Of a stretch of 64,000 bases of DNA, positions 26,288-38,818 are shown in pieces (the first letter of the stretch is position 1; each line of letters starts with the position of its first letter). The notes beneath the pieces are model-generated. The model saw only the letters and a list, made by a program, of their open reading frames with translations, did no database searches and was not told the origin of the DNA. The translations under genes were made by a program, and so were the position numbers. Source of the DNA: Mytilus trossulus (Eukaryota); NCBI RefSeq assembly GCF_036588685.1, contig NW_026963317.1:1550001-1614000 (forward strand), given 5' to 3'.

Positions 26288-29200
26288 TTAAAAAGACTTA
26301 CGATCCATTGGCTTATTTTGCTCTTGATACCAATATTTAAATCCATTTTTGGCATGATCATAGTAAGTAGAATTGTATTTTGGTTTCCGTTTCGTGGCGG
26401 ATGGAGCTCTGTACATTGTCCTTGGATTAGCCATGCTATTTGAAAAACTTATTTTTTGAGCTGGTTGTCTCTTTGGTAACATAAAATTGTTATCTACTTG
26501 TTTAACTGTACCTGGAAAATAATGTTTATAACATATTAGTAATTATAGTGGTAGTGTAAAATTCAAAGTTAAAAGACTTGTCTATCGAAAGTTTAAGTGT
26601 GGTGATATTTATTATAGCGTAGCCAAAAATGGTACATTTGCCTTACTTTAACAGTAATCAATGGTTTGATTAAAAAAACATATATATTTTGGTTGAAAAC
26701 TGGCAATATTGCTACCATTTATGTTTTAATGATTAATAGGGTAAATGATGTACTGTGTTTGAATTTTAAAATGTGCTTACCTTCTACAAAAGACATATGC
26801 GATCCTGTGTTTGCAAAACAAGAAGTTATATGACGCCATCTGCCACCAGCTCGTCCCATTCGGTTAAGATTCCTAAAACGGAAGTACAATTTTCAATAAT
26901 TAAGCATTTTTTATTATACACCAATATACATGTACATATATTTTTATCAAGTACTATTTGCGTTACGAAAAATTGTGACTTTTGATCTATACATGTCTAG
27001 TTTTAGTTCAACTATCTAGCTTGAAAAGCGCTATAAACAAAATAAATTAGTCCGTATACATGTTCTTCCACAGTATAAAAGATAACGGCAATATAAGATA
27101 ACTTTTTGTTTATGTTGGATGTCACACATATTCGTCAAAATACACGTGGTTGAAAAAGGGTAAGCAACAACTTTTTTTCATTCGTGCGTCAATAAGGAGC
27201 GTTTTGCCAACGAAAAGCGCGTCTGGTGTACAAAATTACAAACCTAGTATCTTTGGTGAGGTTTTTTTCAACTTACTTATAATTAATCTATTTATGTATA
27301 GAAAAAAATATGGTATGTCTCTTATCGAGAAATCTCTAATACCAGAATCATTTATAGCAATGAAAAACAACAGAGTCATTACATGTCTGGACTTTGAGAT
27401 CTGTGAAACAGCCGATTGTAATACTGTCTTGTGATTGGATCTAGTGGTTCCTCCGTCCTGGCAGGCATGGTCATCTCTCTCTGTAGTCTCATTGGGGGTG
27501 GGGACGAATACCGGAAGTCGTTATTATATCCTAATCTGGATTCTGTCTGTAATATAAATATTCAAAGTTTATATGTATACGCGAGTAAATTAAAGTAGAA
27601 TTTGGTGGCAGTGCAGTGACACAGCGACCAACTTGGCAAGGGGAACCAGTTTACCGAAAAATGCATTTGGGGTCACCATAACACACTTTATAACAACGGC
27701 GAGCAATTATTAACACCATATTGCATAAAAAAAAATAGTCCTTGCACTGCAAACTAGTATATAAAAAAGAAGATGTGGTATGATTGCCAATGAGACAACT
27801 ATCCACAAAAGACCAAAATGACACAAACATTAACAATTATAGGTCACCGTACGGTCTTCAACAATGAGCAAAGCCCATACCGCATATAGTCAGCTATAAA
27901 AGGCCCCAATATGACAATGTAAAACAATTCAAGCGAGAAAACTAACGGCATTATTTATGTAAAAAAATGAACAGTATAGGCTATATGTTTTGTTTGACAA
28001 TGAGACAACTATTCAACAGAGTACAAAGAACTAAAGACAAACCCAATATCGTAAAAAACATAAACAACTAGTACAAAGCCTCGAGATAACAAAAGGTGAA
28101 GCAATACAAAGTAGCTATCAGAAAACGAACAACCTTATCAGTTAAAATAATAACTCATACTCGTCAAGTCTAACATGATCGGATGTGCAAATTGATGTTG
28201 ATATTCAATACACATAGGATTGAGCATTGACCATGAGGTTTCGACAATGTTATAATAATTGCGAATTTCATTGGCAGTGGCTATTTGACCGGCACCGGCT
28301 AAATAGCAAATTTTCCATTTGACCGGCACCGGCAAAATAGCAAATTTGCTATTTAGCCGGCACTGAATAAAACTGTTCATTGATGTGATTAGTAGAGAAT
28401 AAATAAGCTCATATAAATATAAATGATAATTTTAAATCATTTTATCGCAATATCAAGCATTAAAAATACACTGAGTACAATAAAAATATAATTGTTGAAG
28501 ATGTTCATAAATAAATAATTTATAACTTTAGTAATAAAAGCATGACTTGAAACACATTTGTATATACATTTTTAAATATATTTTTTTCTAAAATATTTAT
28601 AAAAAAGTTGATGCCGAAATCTGTGCAAAATCTATGCCGGTTTAAATATCCTGCCATGCTATAAAAATAGTGTTATGTGAAACTATGTACATCTTAAAAA
28701 AAGACAATATTAAAACTTGTTTGCTACGAATTTCAAAAGGACACAGGATTTAACATTTGCAATTGTTACAAAACAATTTCTTTGCCTTTGAAAGTTGTTT
28801 TAATCTAGCACAAAATAAATGTTGCCACTCCAAACAGGAACTACTTATTACATATAGCTTCCTTTAGAGCTACATCATATGTGCATATAGGGTTCTTTTA
28901 TTTCTCTTCATAAACCCTCTTAATAGCTTCTCATGCATCTTTTTGACAATACTTTTTGATTAATTAAATGTTTACAATTGAGTCAAAAAACAAGAGGCAG
29001 TTAAAAGTTCAGGTCTTGCTTCAACTTGTTCCTCGGTTATTAAAATGTTGTTATTAGCAGCAAACAAAAAAGAAATTCGATTTCTTTGGAACTCTTCTCG
29101 TGAAATGGTCCACAATTGCTCTTTCATGTACTCTTTTTTGGAAGACCGATGATAGTTAGTTGTAGTTGTCCATATAATTTCTCTATCACTACTCTCTTTC

Positions 29201-32200
29201 TGCTCCAGTTTTACTTCAGACCCTAGTGAAAACTGTTTCAGGATATATGCCCAAGCATATAGTGTCACCAACTCTTGATATTTATATTCAGGTGAATCAT
29301 TCGAGAATACTGAAACAGTCCTCTTTTGAAATATACCACTTGTCTCTATAGGTCTCGTTCTGTTCGCAAAAAAAAATAAGGCAATCAGAAAGTGTTCAGC
29401 AATATTTGGTGGTAATGTGGAGTAATGATGTATCACAAATCTATAAATATTTTAGAAAAGCATAAATTTAGTAATGTATATACAAATATATTTTCATGCT
29501 TTTATAAAGTTATAAATTATTTATTTATGAACATCTTCAATAATTTTTTTGTATTGTACTCCGTGTATTTTTAATGCTTGATATTGTGATAAAATGATTT
29601 TAAATTATCATAAAGCTTATTTACTCTCTACTAATCACATCAATGAACAGTTTTATTCAGTGCCGGTTAAATAGCAAATTTGATATTTTGCCGGTGCCGG
29701 TCAAATAGCAAATTTGCTATTTAGCAGGTGCCGGTCAAATAGCCACTGCCATTTTCATTTTGTTTCTCGAGTTTTTTTTCCCAGATTTTGTCCATTAATA
29801 AAACATACCATCACCAAGTGTATGAGGTGCACATTAGACTAAAATATTTTGTAAATACCATTTAAAAGTTGCTTACATAAGTAGTTCACATATTATACAG
29901 TTACATGTCGTTGTTTTTGTGAAATAACAAAAATAATTATTTCAACGGAAATAACACTGTACTAGCTGCTGCAGCAAAAATCTTGTACAATAGTTGTGAT
30001 CAGTCATTTAGACGTGTTGATATTAAAAATTCATGCATATATACGTGTTATAGATCGTTATGAATGTTTAATGAGTAATACCAATTAAAGGTGACAAGAC
30101 CGCAACCAAACAACACTTAGATATGAAGTTAAACTTAAAATATGGCGAAAGGGCTTGAAATGGTTTAAAAGAGATATACAATAAAGAGTTTATATAATGC
30201 GTTATAGAGCCATAGCCTAAGTCTCTGGCATAAAGCTTCAACGAATATTTTTAATCGTTCTCTTAGACAACGCTCAAATTAAGAGATAACTGTATTGTAT
30301 TTGAAGCTTTAAGGACGTCCATCGGTAGTTTTACTGTCGCAAATTTAGTTTACCTGGCGACGCGAAGCGGAGACAGGTAAACGGGTATTTGCGACAGTAA
30401 AACTACCGATGGACGTCCGCAAAGCTTCAAATACAATACAGTTATCTCTATTCTAATGCAAAACAAGTTCATTATTAAATTTCAATCATTATTTCAGTGT
30501 AAAATCTTCATTAAAGAAAATTCCGCGAAAAAATGTTATCTTCTTTGGTCCCTACACAAGGTGACGTCATAGTTATGCTTCCGGCGTCAAACATAAACAC
30601 CGGGCGTTTTATGGCTACTGTGCCGCTTCAAAATGTAATAAAATTTGATAAAAAGGAGATTTTTAGGCGCAACAAGTGAGTGTTTTTGTTTATTATTGTA
30701 GAAATAGCATGTCGATACATTCCGAAATTCAAAATGTCGGCTTCCCTAGTTACAGACAAGGAGATAGAGAATTTTACGCTTGCTGTCATCCAATCAGAAC
30801 AATTGTTACAAAATAATTGCATTACAATTGTAGTTCTATCTTATTAAAACGTAATGGTATTTAACTGAATCAAGCTCTCATCACGACGTGAACGTCCAAT
30901 GACAGAAAGTAGTTATCCGGTATACAAATCAAAATACTTTAGTATAGCTTTATGTCCCATTTAGGCTAAAAATGATAGGCTTAATATTTATACATATTCC
31001 ACTGCATAATATGCCTTTTTAAAAGTTTTAACTGTAGTAGATTGGTAATGGCTGAAATAGGCATTCATTGTTTTTCCAATGCAGGTGCTAAGTATAGTGA
31101 AACCACAACCTATTAAACGTTTTCTCATCTTTTATCAGTCATCTTTAAGATGACTGATAAAAGATGAGAAAACGTTTTCACCAGAACAGAGTGGGTAGAA
31201 ATTGAAGCAATACCATAAATTCACAGTTCTATATCTCCTTTTTTCTATATAGATTGCAATAATTAATACATGTATCTGACTTTCTTGCGTGGGCTTTTTC
31301 GAAGATGAAAATAAAGTATAATTGACTTATGTTTTAGCTGCAAATTAAAGTCCACACATTAACTTGACCACTAAATACCAAAAATTCACAAGGCACATAC
31401 CTGATCTTGATAATCCTGAAACAAGACATATTTTCATAGAAAACAGACACACATATATATAGCTCTTGATTTTTTTAATAAGCTTTCGATTTTCAAATAG
31501 TTTGGTCTCGAGCATCACTGAAGAGACATTGATTGTCAACATGCACATCAGGTGCAGAAAAGCTAATTTTATAACATAGACATTCCAACTTTAACCAAAA
31601 TAGTAAATACATAGATATGTATATAAATAAACTCATCATAGATACCAGGACTAACTTTTATATATACGCCAGACGCGCGTTTCGTCTACAAAAGACTCAT
31701 CAGTGACGCTCGAATCCAAAAAAGTTTTAAAAAAGCCAAATACAGTATATAAAATAAACGATAAAATTGAGAATGGAAATGGGGAATGTGTCAAGGACGA
31801 TGTCAAGTCTCAAGATCGAGAAATCATGACACATTTTTAAAATCAAACATTCAGTAACTTTTTAAACGTTAATTCAATCATTAAATTATTATATTACCTG
31901 TGTTGCGTTGTTAATCCTTGATCCCGGTCTCCCTGGGGTAACACGACCGGGAGTATAAGCACCATATCTGCCTGTAGGGTTTGGAGGGGGTGACGGACAA
32001 TTGACATCTCTGTACGGGTCTTCTTCATATACATCAGATGGATATCTGTAACAGATATTTTGAATTTGATCATGAGTCTTTGTGTTTAATGCTATGCAAT
32101 TTTATATCCGCGTAAGTATTTTAGTGATGCACTAGTTTTGAGTGCAACTACCACAGGGCAGTTCAGAACGAGAAATCCGCCAATTTTTAACCTTTTAATC

Positions 32201-32667
32201 CTGAAAAAGTATTATTCTAGCTACTTCTAAATTTGCAAGAAAAATACTGTTATAAAAGTCTCCAGACTGGACTTGCAACATCAACTATTATGGGCATGCC
32301 CTCCGTCGCAAGAAAGCTTAAATGGCCCCGACAGAAGGCAGGTCGGGAATATATATTCCAATGATATGTCATCATAGAGAACCAAACATCAGACTGGCAT
32401 TGAACTATTAATGAAATAAAATATGTCGTTACAAGGAGGAACACTAACGAAATTTCCGAAAAGAACATTTGATATACAAATATGCGGAAGGAAGCAAACA
32501 TGTTCCGAAAATGATAACCACTTCACTTTTTACCACAGCCAGTTGTCGAAAAAAAAACTCCCTCAAGTAGAAGCGTTTTTTTGGTAAGAAATTAAACCCT
32601 ACCTGAATGTACCAGTCGTTTGGTAGGTAACGGAACTAGCCCTGTGTATTGGGTCATATCCCATCAT
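26288..32667 (-). CDS. Uncharacterised 230-aa Pro/Arg/Tyr-rich protein, 5 coding exons
   Basis: Exons 32667-32603, 32045-31898, 27546-27383, 26872-26781, 26511-26288; four GT-AG introns with matching phases 2,0,2,1; 693 nt with no internal stop. MMGYDPIHRASSVTYQTTGTFRYPSDVYEEDPYRDVNCPSPPPNPTGRYGAYTPGRVTPGRPGSRINNATQTESRLGYNNDFRYSSPPPMRLQREMTMPARTEEPLDPITRQYYNRLFHRSQSPDMNLNRMGRAGGRWRHITSCFANTGSHMSFVEGTVKQVDNNFMLPKRQPAQKISFSNSMANPRTMYRAPSATKRKPKYNSTYYDHAKNGFKYWYQEQNKPMDRKSF. Start codon uncertain. Confidence 0.8.
27763..27970 (+). repeat. Dispersed short interspersed repeat (AAGAAGATGTGGTATGATTGCCAATGAGACAAC family)
   Basis: Reverse-complement copies at about 54155-54290 and 62588-62723; decayed copies near 4380 and 39525. 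Confidence 0.7.
28273..29750. mobile_element. Internally deleted Mutator-like (MULE) DNA transposon
   Basis: ~270-bp TIRs starting GGCAGTGGCTATTTGACCGGCACC (about 28273-28545 and 29493-29750); 9-bp TSD AATTTCATT (28264-28272) / ATTTTCATT (29751-29759). Confidence 0.88.
28925..29436 (-). pseudogene. Probable remnant of the C-terminal part of a MULE/SWIM-type transposase
   Basis: Lies between the MULE TIRs. LRTERD appears in an adjacent frame at an A10 run, followed by SPEYKYQELVTLYAWAYILKQ and SCFLTQL..KRCMRSY, which resemble the pre-SWIM/SWIM region of invertebrate MULE transposases (by eye, unverified). Confidence 0.45.
30282..30828. mobile_element. Non-autonomous element with a 168-bp terminal hairpin and a second inverted-repeat pair
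   Basis: Arms 30282-30356 and 30374-30449 are near-perfect reverse complements around a GCGACGCGAAGCGG loop; then ATTCTAATGCA (30450-30460) pairs with TGCATTACAAT (30818-30828). Confidence 0.7.
31115..31177. repeat. 63-bp near-perfect palindrome
   Basis: AAACGTTTTCTCATCTTTTATCAGTCATCT-TTA-AGATGACTGATAAAAGATGAGAAAACGTTT. Confidence 0.92.
31666..31709 (-). ncRNA. Minimal type I hammerhead ribozyme (Penelope/retrozyme type)
   Basis: GCGTCA-CTGATGA-GTCT(TTTGT)AGAC-GAAAC-GCGC-GTC^-TGGCGT: intact CUGAUGA and GAAA core, stems I and II, palindromic ACGCGCGT stem III. Confidence 0.88.
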
Positions 32668-34336
32668 CTCTATCAGATTTAAGAAGTATTCGTACTTTTG
32701 ATATATATCCCCTTGTCGATATCTGTTCTGTATAGCATGTCTGATTACTTATTTATACCAATAGCTTGTTAATTATTAGGTTTCGTAATACGGAATACAC
32801 CAGGGAATACCTGGACTAACTGTTATATCGTCACCTACATATGATAATGTCTGGCTCTTATTCTATTTAAGACAAAAATCATTATTGGTTAATTATGGTC
32901 CTAATTATGGTCCTAAACAAAATTGTACACGGAACAACTTTATGAGCTACATACTTCTTTTGATAGTGCATTTGCATGGGGCTATCGGTAACAACTTGAA
33001 CTAACGTTTTGAAATAACAGAAATGCGATCTCCCTCTCTTGTGACCTGATTCAGCGACGATTTTTCCGAATACCAAATATCAAGTGTTTCTCACTTGACA
33101 ACTCGCAGTTTGGATTTTTTTAATATATATACATTGTTAGAATAACATAAATAATGCCACACCAGGTGATCATTTCACAAGAGGGTCAAATAAACTGTCA
33201 TTGATCACTTTATATAAATAAGGCCAAATTAATATAAAAAAACAGAGCCACAAAAATCTTATTCTTAGAGCGTTAAAAAAGACGGATGTCTTACTCGTTT
33301 GACAAGATCCACCATTCCAAGTCCTCGAACTCAAAATTTTCAATAAGGTCATAAAAGGCCATAAAAATGTGGTTTCCAATTATGGAACAATGCACTTCTG
33401 TTGTTTTTGTTTTGTTTCGAAGAAGATCTCTGTAATTTTATTTCTTGTTCTCTTGACACGACACTCTATTATCCGACTTTTTTTTATAAACTCTGATCTA
33501 TGCATGAAATCACCATGATCACTATTGTTGGTGTTTTCAAAGCTACTCCTCATCACAGATATTCCTTAAACTAAGGGGAAACACATATTAAATCTTATCC
33601 CATGCATGTTATTTGTATCCAAAAAAATCCCGCCCCCTTTTTTAAACAAAACAGCTAGAAAAATATTGTTGTTGCCTAAATGTAAATAAACAATATCTTA
33701 GGTATTTATTTTTATGAATTTATCACCCAGCCCTCAATAAATTAATGTTTGAGATTAAATCTTTAAGAGTATTTACATAGTAGGAACCCTGTGTTTTTGT
33801 ACTTTAAATTTATCATTTACACGTATCATTGTCGCATTCTTTAATATTTTGGAACAATAATTACAAAAGATATGGTATTGTCACTGTTGTAAGATTGTAC
33901 AAATAGAACACAGATAACCCGCCATGACATAATAGTCGGGTGTCCATTAATACGGATTAATTTTCAATGATGTTTGTACAGTTGGTAGGCACGAGCACAA
34001 AAGATTGATTTTCCATGTTATATCTAGGGACAGAAGGTCGGCTACCTAACCGACAGTCAGTCATATAGATTTGATAAATCTGTCAACACCTACTTCCAAA
34101 TTCGGAATTAATCCAAATACAGAATTCGGTACGTGTTTTTACCAAGTCATACAAAAGCCTGATATATCAAGCCTCGATTCTGCATAGCTTTATTGCGTCC
34201 CAAGTGTTGTCGATACAATCATATATAGCATTGAAAGAATTTCCAGACGCAAAGTTAAACAAAAGCCACGACTCTGCATAGCTTTATAGACGGTTCTTAA
34301 AAGTTATTCATGTATGCATTGACCCAGAGTTCAATT

Positions 34337-34361
34337 TTCGAAAATGAGGCTAAGCTAGGCA
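34337..34361 (+). promoter_or_regulatory. Subterminal 25-bp motif upstream of the transposase ATG
   Basis: TTCGAAAATGAGGCTAAGCTAGGCA; 23/25 inverted match to 38819-38843. Confidence 0.6.
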
Positions 34362-34376
34362 CCGGTATTATCAATA

Positions 34377-36723
34377 ATGGCTTCTCCAGCAGCATCAACA
34401 AGTAAACAAAGAGATGAATACTGTTGTGTGCCATTTTGTAATGGCAATGCCAGAACTAATAAAGAGTTGAGTTTTCATCATATACCATCAGAAAAGAAAA
34501 TCCTAACAAGAAAACAGTGGATTGTTGCAATCCGTAGAGATGAAGGTGAATTTTTCAAGGTAAATACTAGAAACACGTGCATTTGTTTACACTTTTCATA
34601 GAAGCCGATAATGTTGTTTTCTATGTAATACCTGTCCCAATTTTCAATAATTAATTTCAGACAGACTATAAGATTATGTTCAACAATATTTTTCTTTAAC
34701 AATACTTTTATTTTAGCCGTAAAACATCTGTTTAAGTGTTACATGTCAAACTGTTACCACATGTTGATAGCGATTTTCCTTCATCCGCATATCTGTAGAT
34801 ATGTGTAATTAATTTATCCCATGTTGTTTTTATCACTGTGTGTATGAGACAGTTATAAATATAATATGCATTTTGAACTTCAAACACGTCTGTCGTCATG
34901 GTCATAGAGAATGAAAATAATGTGATGTATTCGTAAACAACACCGACAATTTCATTCTCAACATTCTTTTAAAATTATAATTTACCTATAAACACATTTG
35001 TAAATTGCAAATACTTTTATTTAATAATAAAAAGAATAAACTTCTTATTTTTTTCATAAATATGTTACTGGTCTACATTATAAATATGATAACTTAAGAA
35101 CAATGTTATATAAATACAAGAACGAAACCTATTAATTTGTATTTGTTTTCAGATTGGAGGAAATACAGTGGTATGTTCCAAACATTTCAAGAAGGAAGAT
35201 TACCGCTGGACTCCTAACAGAAAATGTCTCAAACCAGAAGCTGTTCCATCTGTCTTTGATTGGAAATTAAATGAAAGCAGCAGAAAGGCCCCCACATCAA
35301 GACAGTCCCTTTTCAAAAAGATGAAAGTTGACGATCGTGAAGATGAAGATGAAATGGTTGTAGAGGATAGTGTCTGTGAAGTTCACAATTCACAAAGTGT
35401 TGATCATGAAAATGACATGTAAGTTTAGTTATCAGAATGTATTAATTCAAAATAAAAAAATATTAAATGTACAAACCCAAATTTAAACTAAACTTGCATG
35501 TTTTTTTTATGTATATAATTATTTTCAAAATAATTGAAAAGAAAACATAAAAATATTTTATAAAATCAAAAGGAAACACAGTGTTCTTTAAAACTACTTC
35601 CCCCTTTTTAATGTTAAGGAGATTATACCATTACTTAATACATTTATTTTATATTGACAGGAGTTGTGATTCTAACATTCATGCTTACTGTCTTGAGAAA
35701 ATTGAGAAACTGGAACATGTGGTACAGCAAAAGGACTCTGAACTTAAAGACAAGACCTATGAGCTCGCAAGTTTAAACCAGAAATTACAAATGGAACGGT
35801 TCGGAGTAACAAGATTTTCTTACGACCATGAAATGATAGAGTTTTATACTGGATTTCCAACTTTTGATTTATTTTTAATTTTCTATTCTGCTATCAAGCC
35901 TACTGCAACAAGAATGAAAACTGTGTATTATAAGTCTTCTGAGGAACCCAGCAATAGAGGACGTCCAAAGTCAATGGATCCTATTGATGAACTGTTTATG
36001 TTTTTATGTAGGTTAAGATGTGGTTTTCTGACTGAGGACTTGTCAGTAAGATTTAACATTCATGCATCAACAGTAAGCAGAAAAATAATAACTTGGACAA
36101 ATTATTTATATTTCATATTGGGTGGCATTAATATCTGGCCTAGTAGGGGTAAAATAATGGAGCATATGCCACAGGACTTCAAACTTCTGTACCCTAACAC
36201 GCGTGTGATAATAGACTGTACCGAAATTTTTACAGAAAGACCTTCTTCTTTAGCCTTGGCGTCAAAAACCTTTTCATCATACAAAAGTCACAACACCTGG
36301 AAAGGACTGGTCGGAATATCGCCACATGGTGCTATCACTTTCATTTCTGCATTATATTCTGGATGTATGTCCGACATAGAAATTACGAAGCATAGTGGAC
36401 TTATTGACTTATTAGAACCAGGAGACCAAATAATGGCGGATAAAGGGTTTATTTTAAATAAATTACTTAAAGATACAGGTGTGTCAATAGCTACGCCACA
36501 CTTCCTTTGCAGTGATGGACAGTTTACACCGTCACAAATTGAGGACAATCAAAAAATTGCATCCTTAAGAATACATGTTGAGCGGCATATAAAGCGGGCT
36601 AAAGAATATAGACTTTTACAGTATACAGTCCCACTTTCATTAGCTGGATCTGTGAATCAGTTATGGACTGTTGCTAATCTATTGACTCTGTTCAGAAGAC
36701 CATTAATTAAGCAAAAAAACTAA
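34377..36723 (+). CDS. THAP zinc finger + HTH + DDE_Tnp_4 (Harbinger/ISL2EU-type) transposase, 503 aa
   Basis: Exons 34377-34559, 35153-35418, 35661-36723 (GT-AG, 1512 nt in frame). THAP motif YCCVPFC..W..VCSKHF..LKPEAVPSVF; HTH DELFMFLCRLR..EDLSVRFNIHASTVSR; catalytic triad in IIDCTE, MADKGF, RIHVER. Confidence 0.93.
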
Positions 36724-36783
36724 ATCATCACTAATTAAAAGTTGGCATAGTGTTTCATTTATACATGCATACATTGACATAAT

Positions 36784-38802
36784 TTAGTTCAAAAAATAAG
36801 TGTTGAAAAACAAATCAAGTTTGTCTTTTGTAGCTTCCCAAAATTCACTATCAAAATAAACTGTTTCCAAGTGTGAATCATTTTCAAGCCAAACAAAACA
36901 GTCACACCAGTCTAATCCTGTCACGGCCATTTGCATTTGTATTTGATAATGATAGTTATCATTTTTTTTCAATTTTAGCTCCCCGTCGATTAAATGAAGA
37001 CATTTGACGCTTGATAATTGGTCAGTGTTTGGACACTTTATTTCCAACAAACCATGTGGTTGATTTCTATCAGGTGCATATACTTTTCTGTCTGGGGTAG
37101 CTGCAAGCCAGTGACACCAAGGATTTACAATCACACCACATGGATACAAGTTTACATTGTCATTCATCACCTTGCTATAGGCTTGTGCTGCAGTAACCTC
37201 ACATTCTATGCCACGTTTCATAGCTGCTGTCTGAACATGTCTAGTTGACTGCAAGCGTTCAGCAAGTTTAGCCCCATCAGCTCTTCTCTTGGCTATTTCT
37301 CCTGCATGTGATGCTGTGATACGGTCACGTCTAATTTTATGCCATTTAGGATCATTCGATTGAAGACGTGTTCCTTCCTCAATCTCTTTACTTTCCAGCA
37401 GTGTAACCTTCAAGGAGTCATACTTTTTTAACTGGTCTTTCATGAGAACAGTTTCAAAATTGTTAATCATGACATTTTTCAATGGTAATTCTGGAAATGA
37501 ATTATTATCCATTAAGTTGAGGAGGTAGTCACTTGCCATTTTTTGTTGATAACTGAGAATGCTTCCTTTAGGGAATTTACCAAATTCAGTTTGAACTAGT
37601 TCTGTCCTGTGTTCTGTCACCACAGTGTCAAACAAAATGTCCATATCTTTAACCTGGCCCAATAAGTCATTGACATTGATAGCTTCGTTCCCAGGAATAG
37701 GATTATATAGGGTAGACTTTATTCCCTTTGTAGCTCGTTGGGGATCCTCACGGTCATAACCCTGCACAACGATGTTATCAGCCTTTTCACCATGTAATTT
37801 CTGGCCTCGTGGAACATGCCACGTCTGTGGTAAAGATGTTTTAGCAATATCTGTTGGAATTAACTTCATTTTCAGGGATTTGTAGTGTGCAAGTTGGTAA
37901 AGAAGGGCTGACACATGTCCACAGTAACCACTTTGTCCAATTGTACATGTACAGAATGAATATTCAATCTGCCCTCCATTTAGCATGATCTGTGAAAGAA
38001 TTTGAGATGTATTAGTTTAATATTTTGTTAATAATTTTATTATATTCATATGCATGTATTGATTAATATGTAAAGTTCTTTATTATTGTATGAAATTGTT
38101 TATTTGCAAAATATTTTTTTAGGAGGATATAAAGTTAATATTTATATTCTATGTTTAGTACAACAAGTGAAATAAAATGTATGCCTACCTTGACATCATG
38201 TGGAGACTCGTTTTTTCTTTGAGATCTAAAACATTTTCCTTTGACCAAACACCCAGTATCATCAGGATGCACTGTAAAAAAATACATCTTTTTTATACTA
38301 AACACCTATAAAATTTAACATATAAAACTATGTAAACAAGTTTAATTATCTGTTACTTATAATAATATACTTTCTGTCAAAGAGGGTTCATGCATGATTG
38401 CTACCCTTCACTTATATTCAGCTGATTTATACGTGATTATCAGATCAAGATACGGAGTTAATTATCTAAATAAATCAGCAGTCTGCAGACTAAAACAATA
38501 AGAATATGAATAATGATTTCTACTGCACAAATAATGGTCAAAAGTTATAAATTGCTGGTAAAATAATGGTTTGTGTAAAGACAATATTTCTCACGTGCAC
38601 CTCGTAAACAAACATAACAAGTGACCTTACCCGACACAGAATGTACGTATTCCTCGCTGTAGTATTTGAATCCTTTTGTCATTTGTTCTTTTCCTGAACT
38701 CTGGCTGTGTTTTCTTATAAATTCTTCCACAAAAGCAAATGATATATCTGGTAAATGTGAAAGATCTTTTGATGAGGTACCGTTTGTTGTTGATGCTGCC
38801 AT
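36784..38802 (-). CDS. SWIM zinc finger + YqaJ/lambda-exonuclease (PD-(D/E)XK) protein, 486 aa
   Basis: Exons 38802-38631, 38271-38189, 37989-36784 (GT-AG, 1461 nt in frame). SWIM CTCTIGQSGYCGH; YqaJ motifs WHKIRRDRITAS, AMKRGIECE, LAATPD, LLEIKCP, YQIQMQM. Confidence 0.92.
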
Positions 38803-38818
38803 ATTGTTTACAAATAAT

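Noticed and set aside
27379-27382. TAA stop ending the orphan gene at 126 aa
   Set aside because: The TAA overlaps an AT|GTAATG donor, and two further exons join in phase; intron retention cannot be excluded.
35581-35660. GTG start and first 26 codons of the 380-aa ORF
   Set aside because: Intron sequence; the acceptor at 35659-35660 joins upstream THAP exons in phase.
36102-37248. Antisense ORFs 36102-36284, 36288-36548 and 37018-37248
   Set aside because: Shadow frames opposite the two real transposon genes.
38545-38630. C-terminal part of the 85-aa ORF 38545-38802
   Set aside because: Read-through past the G|GTAAGG donor into intron 1 of the SWIM-YqaJ gene.
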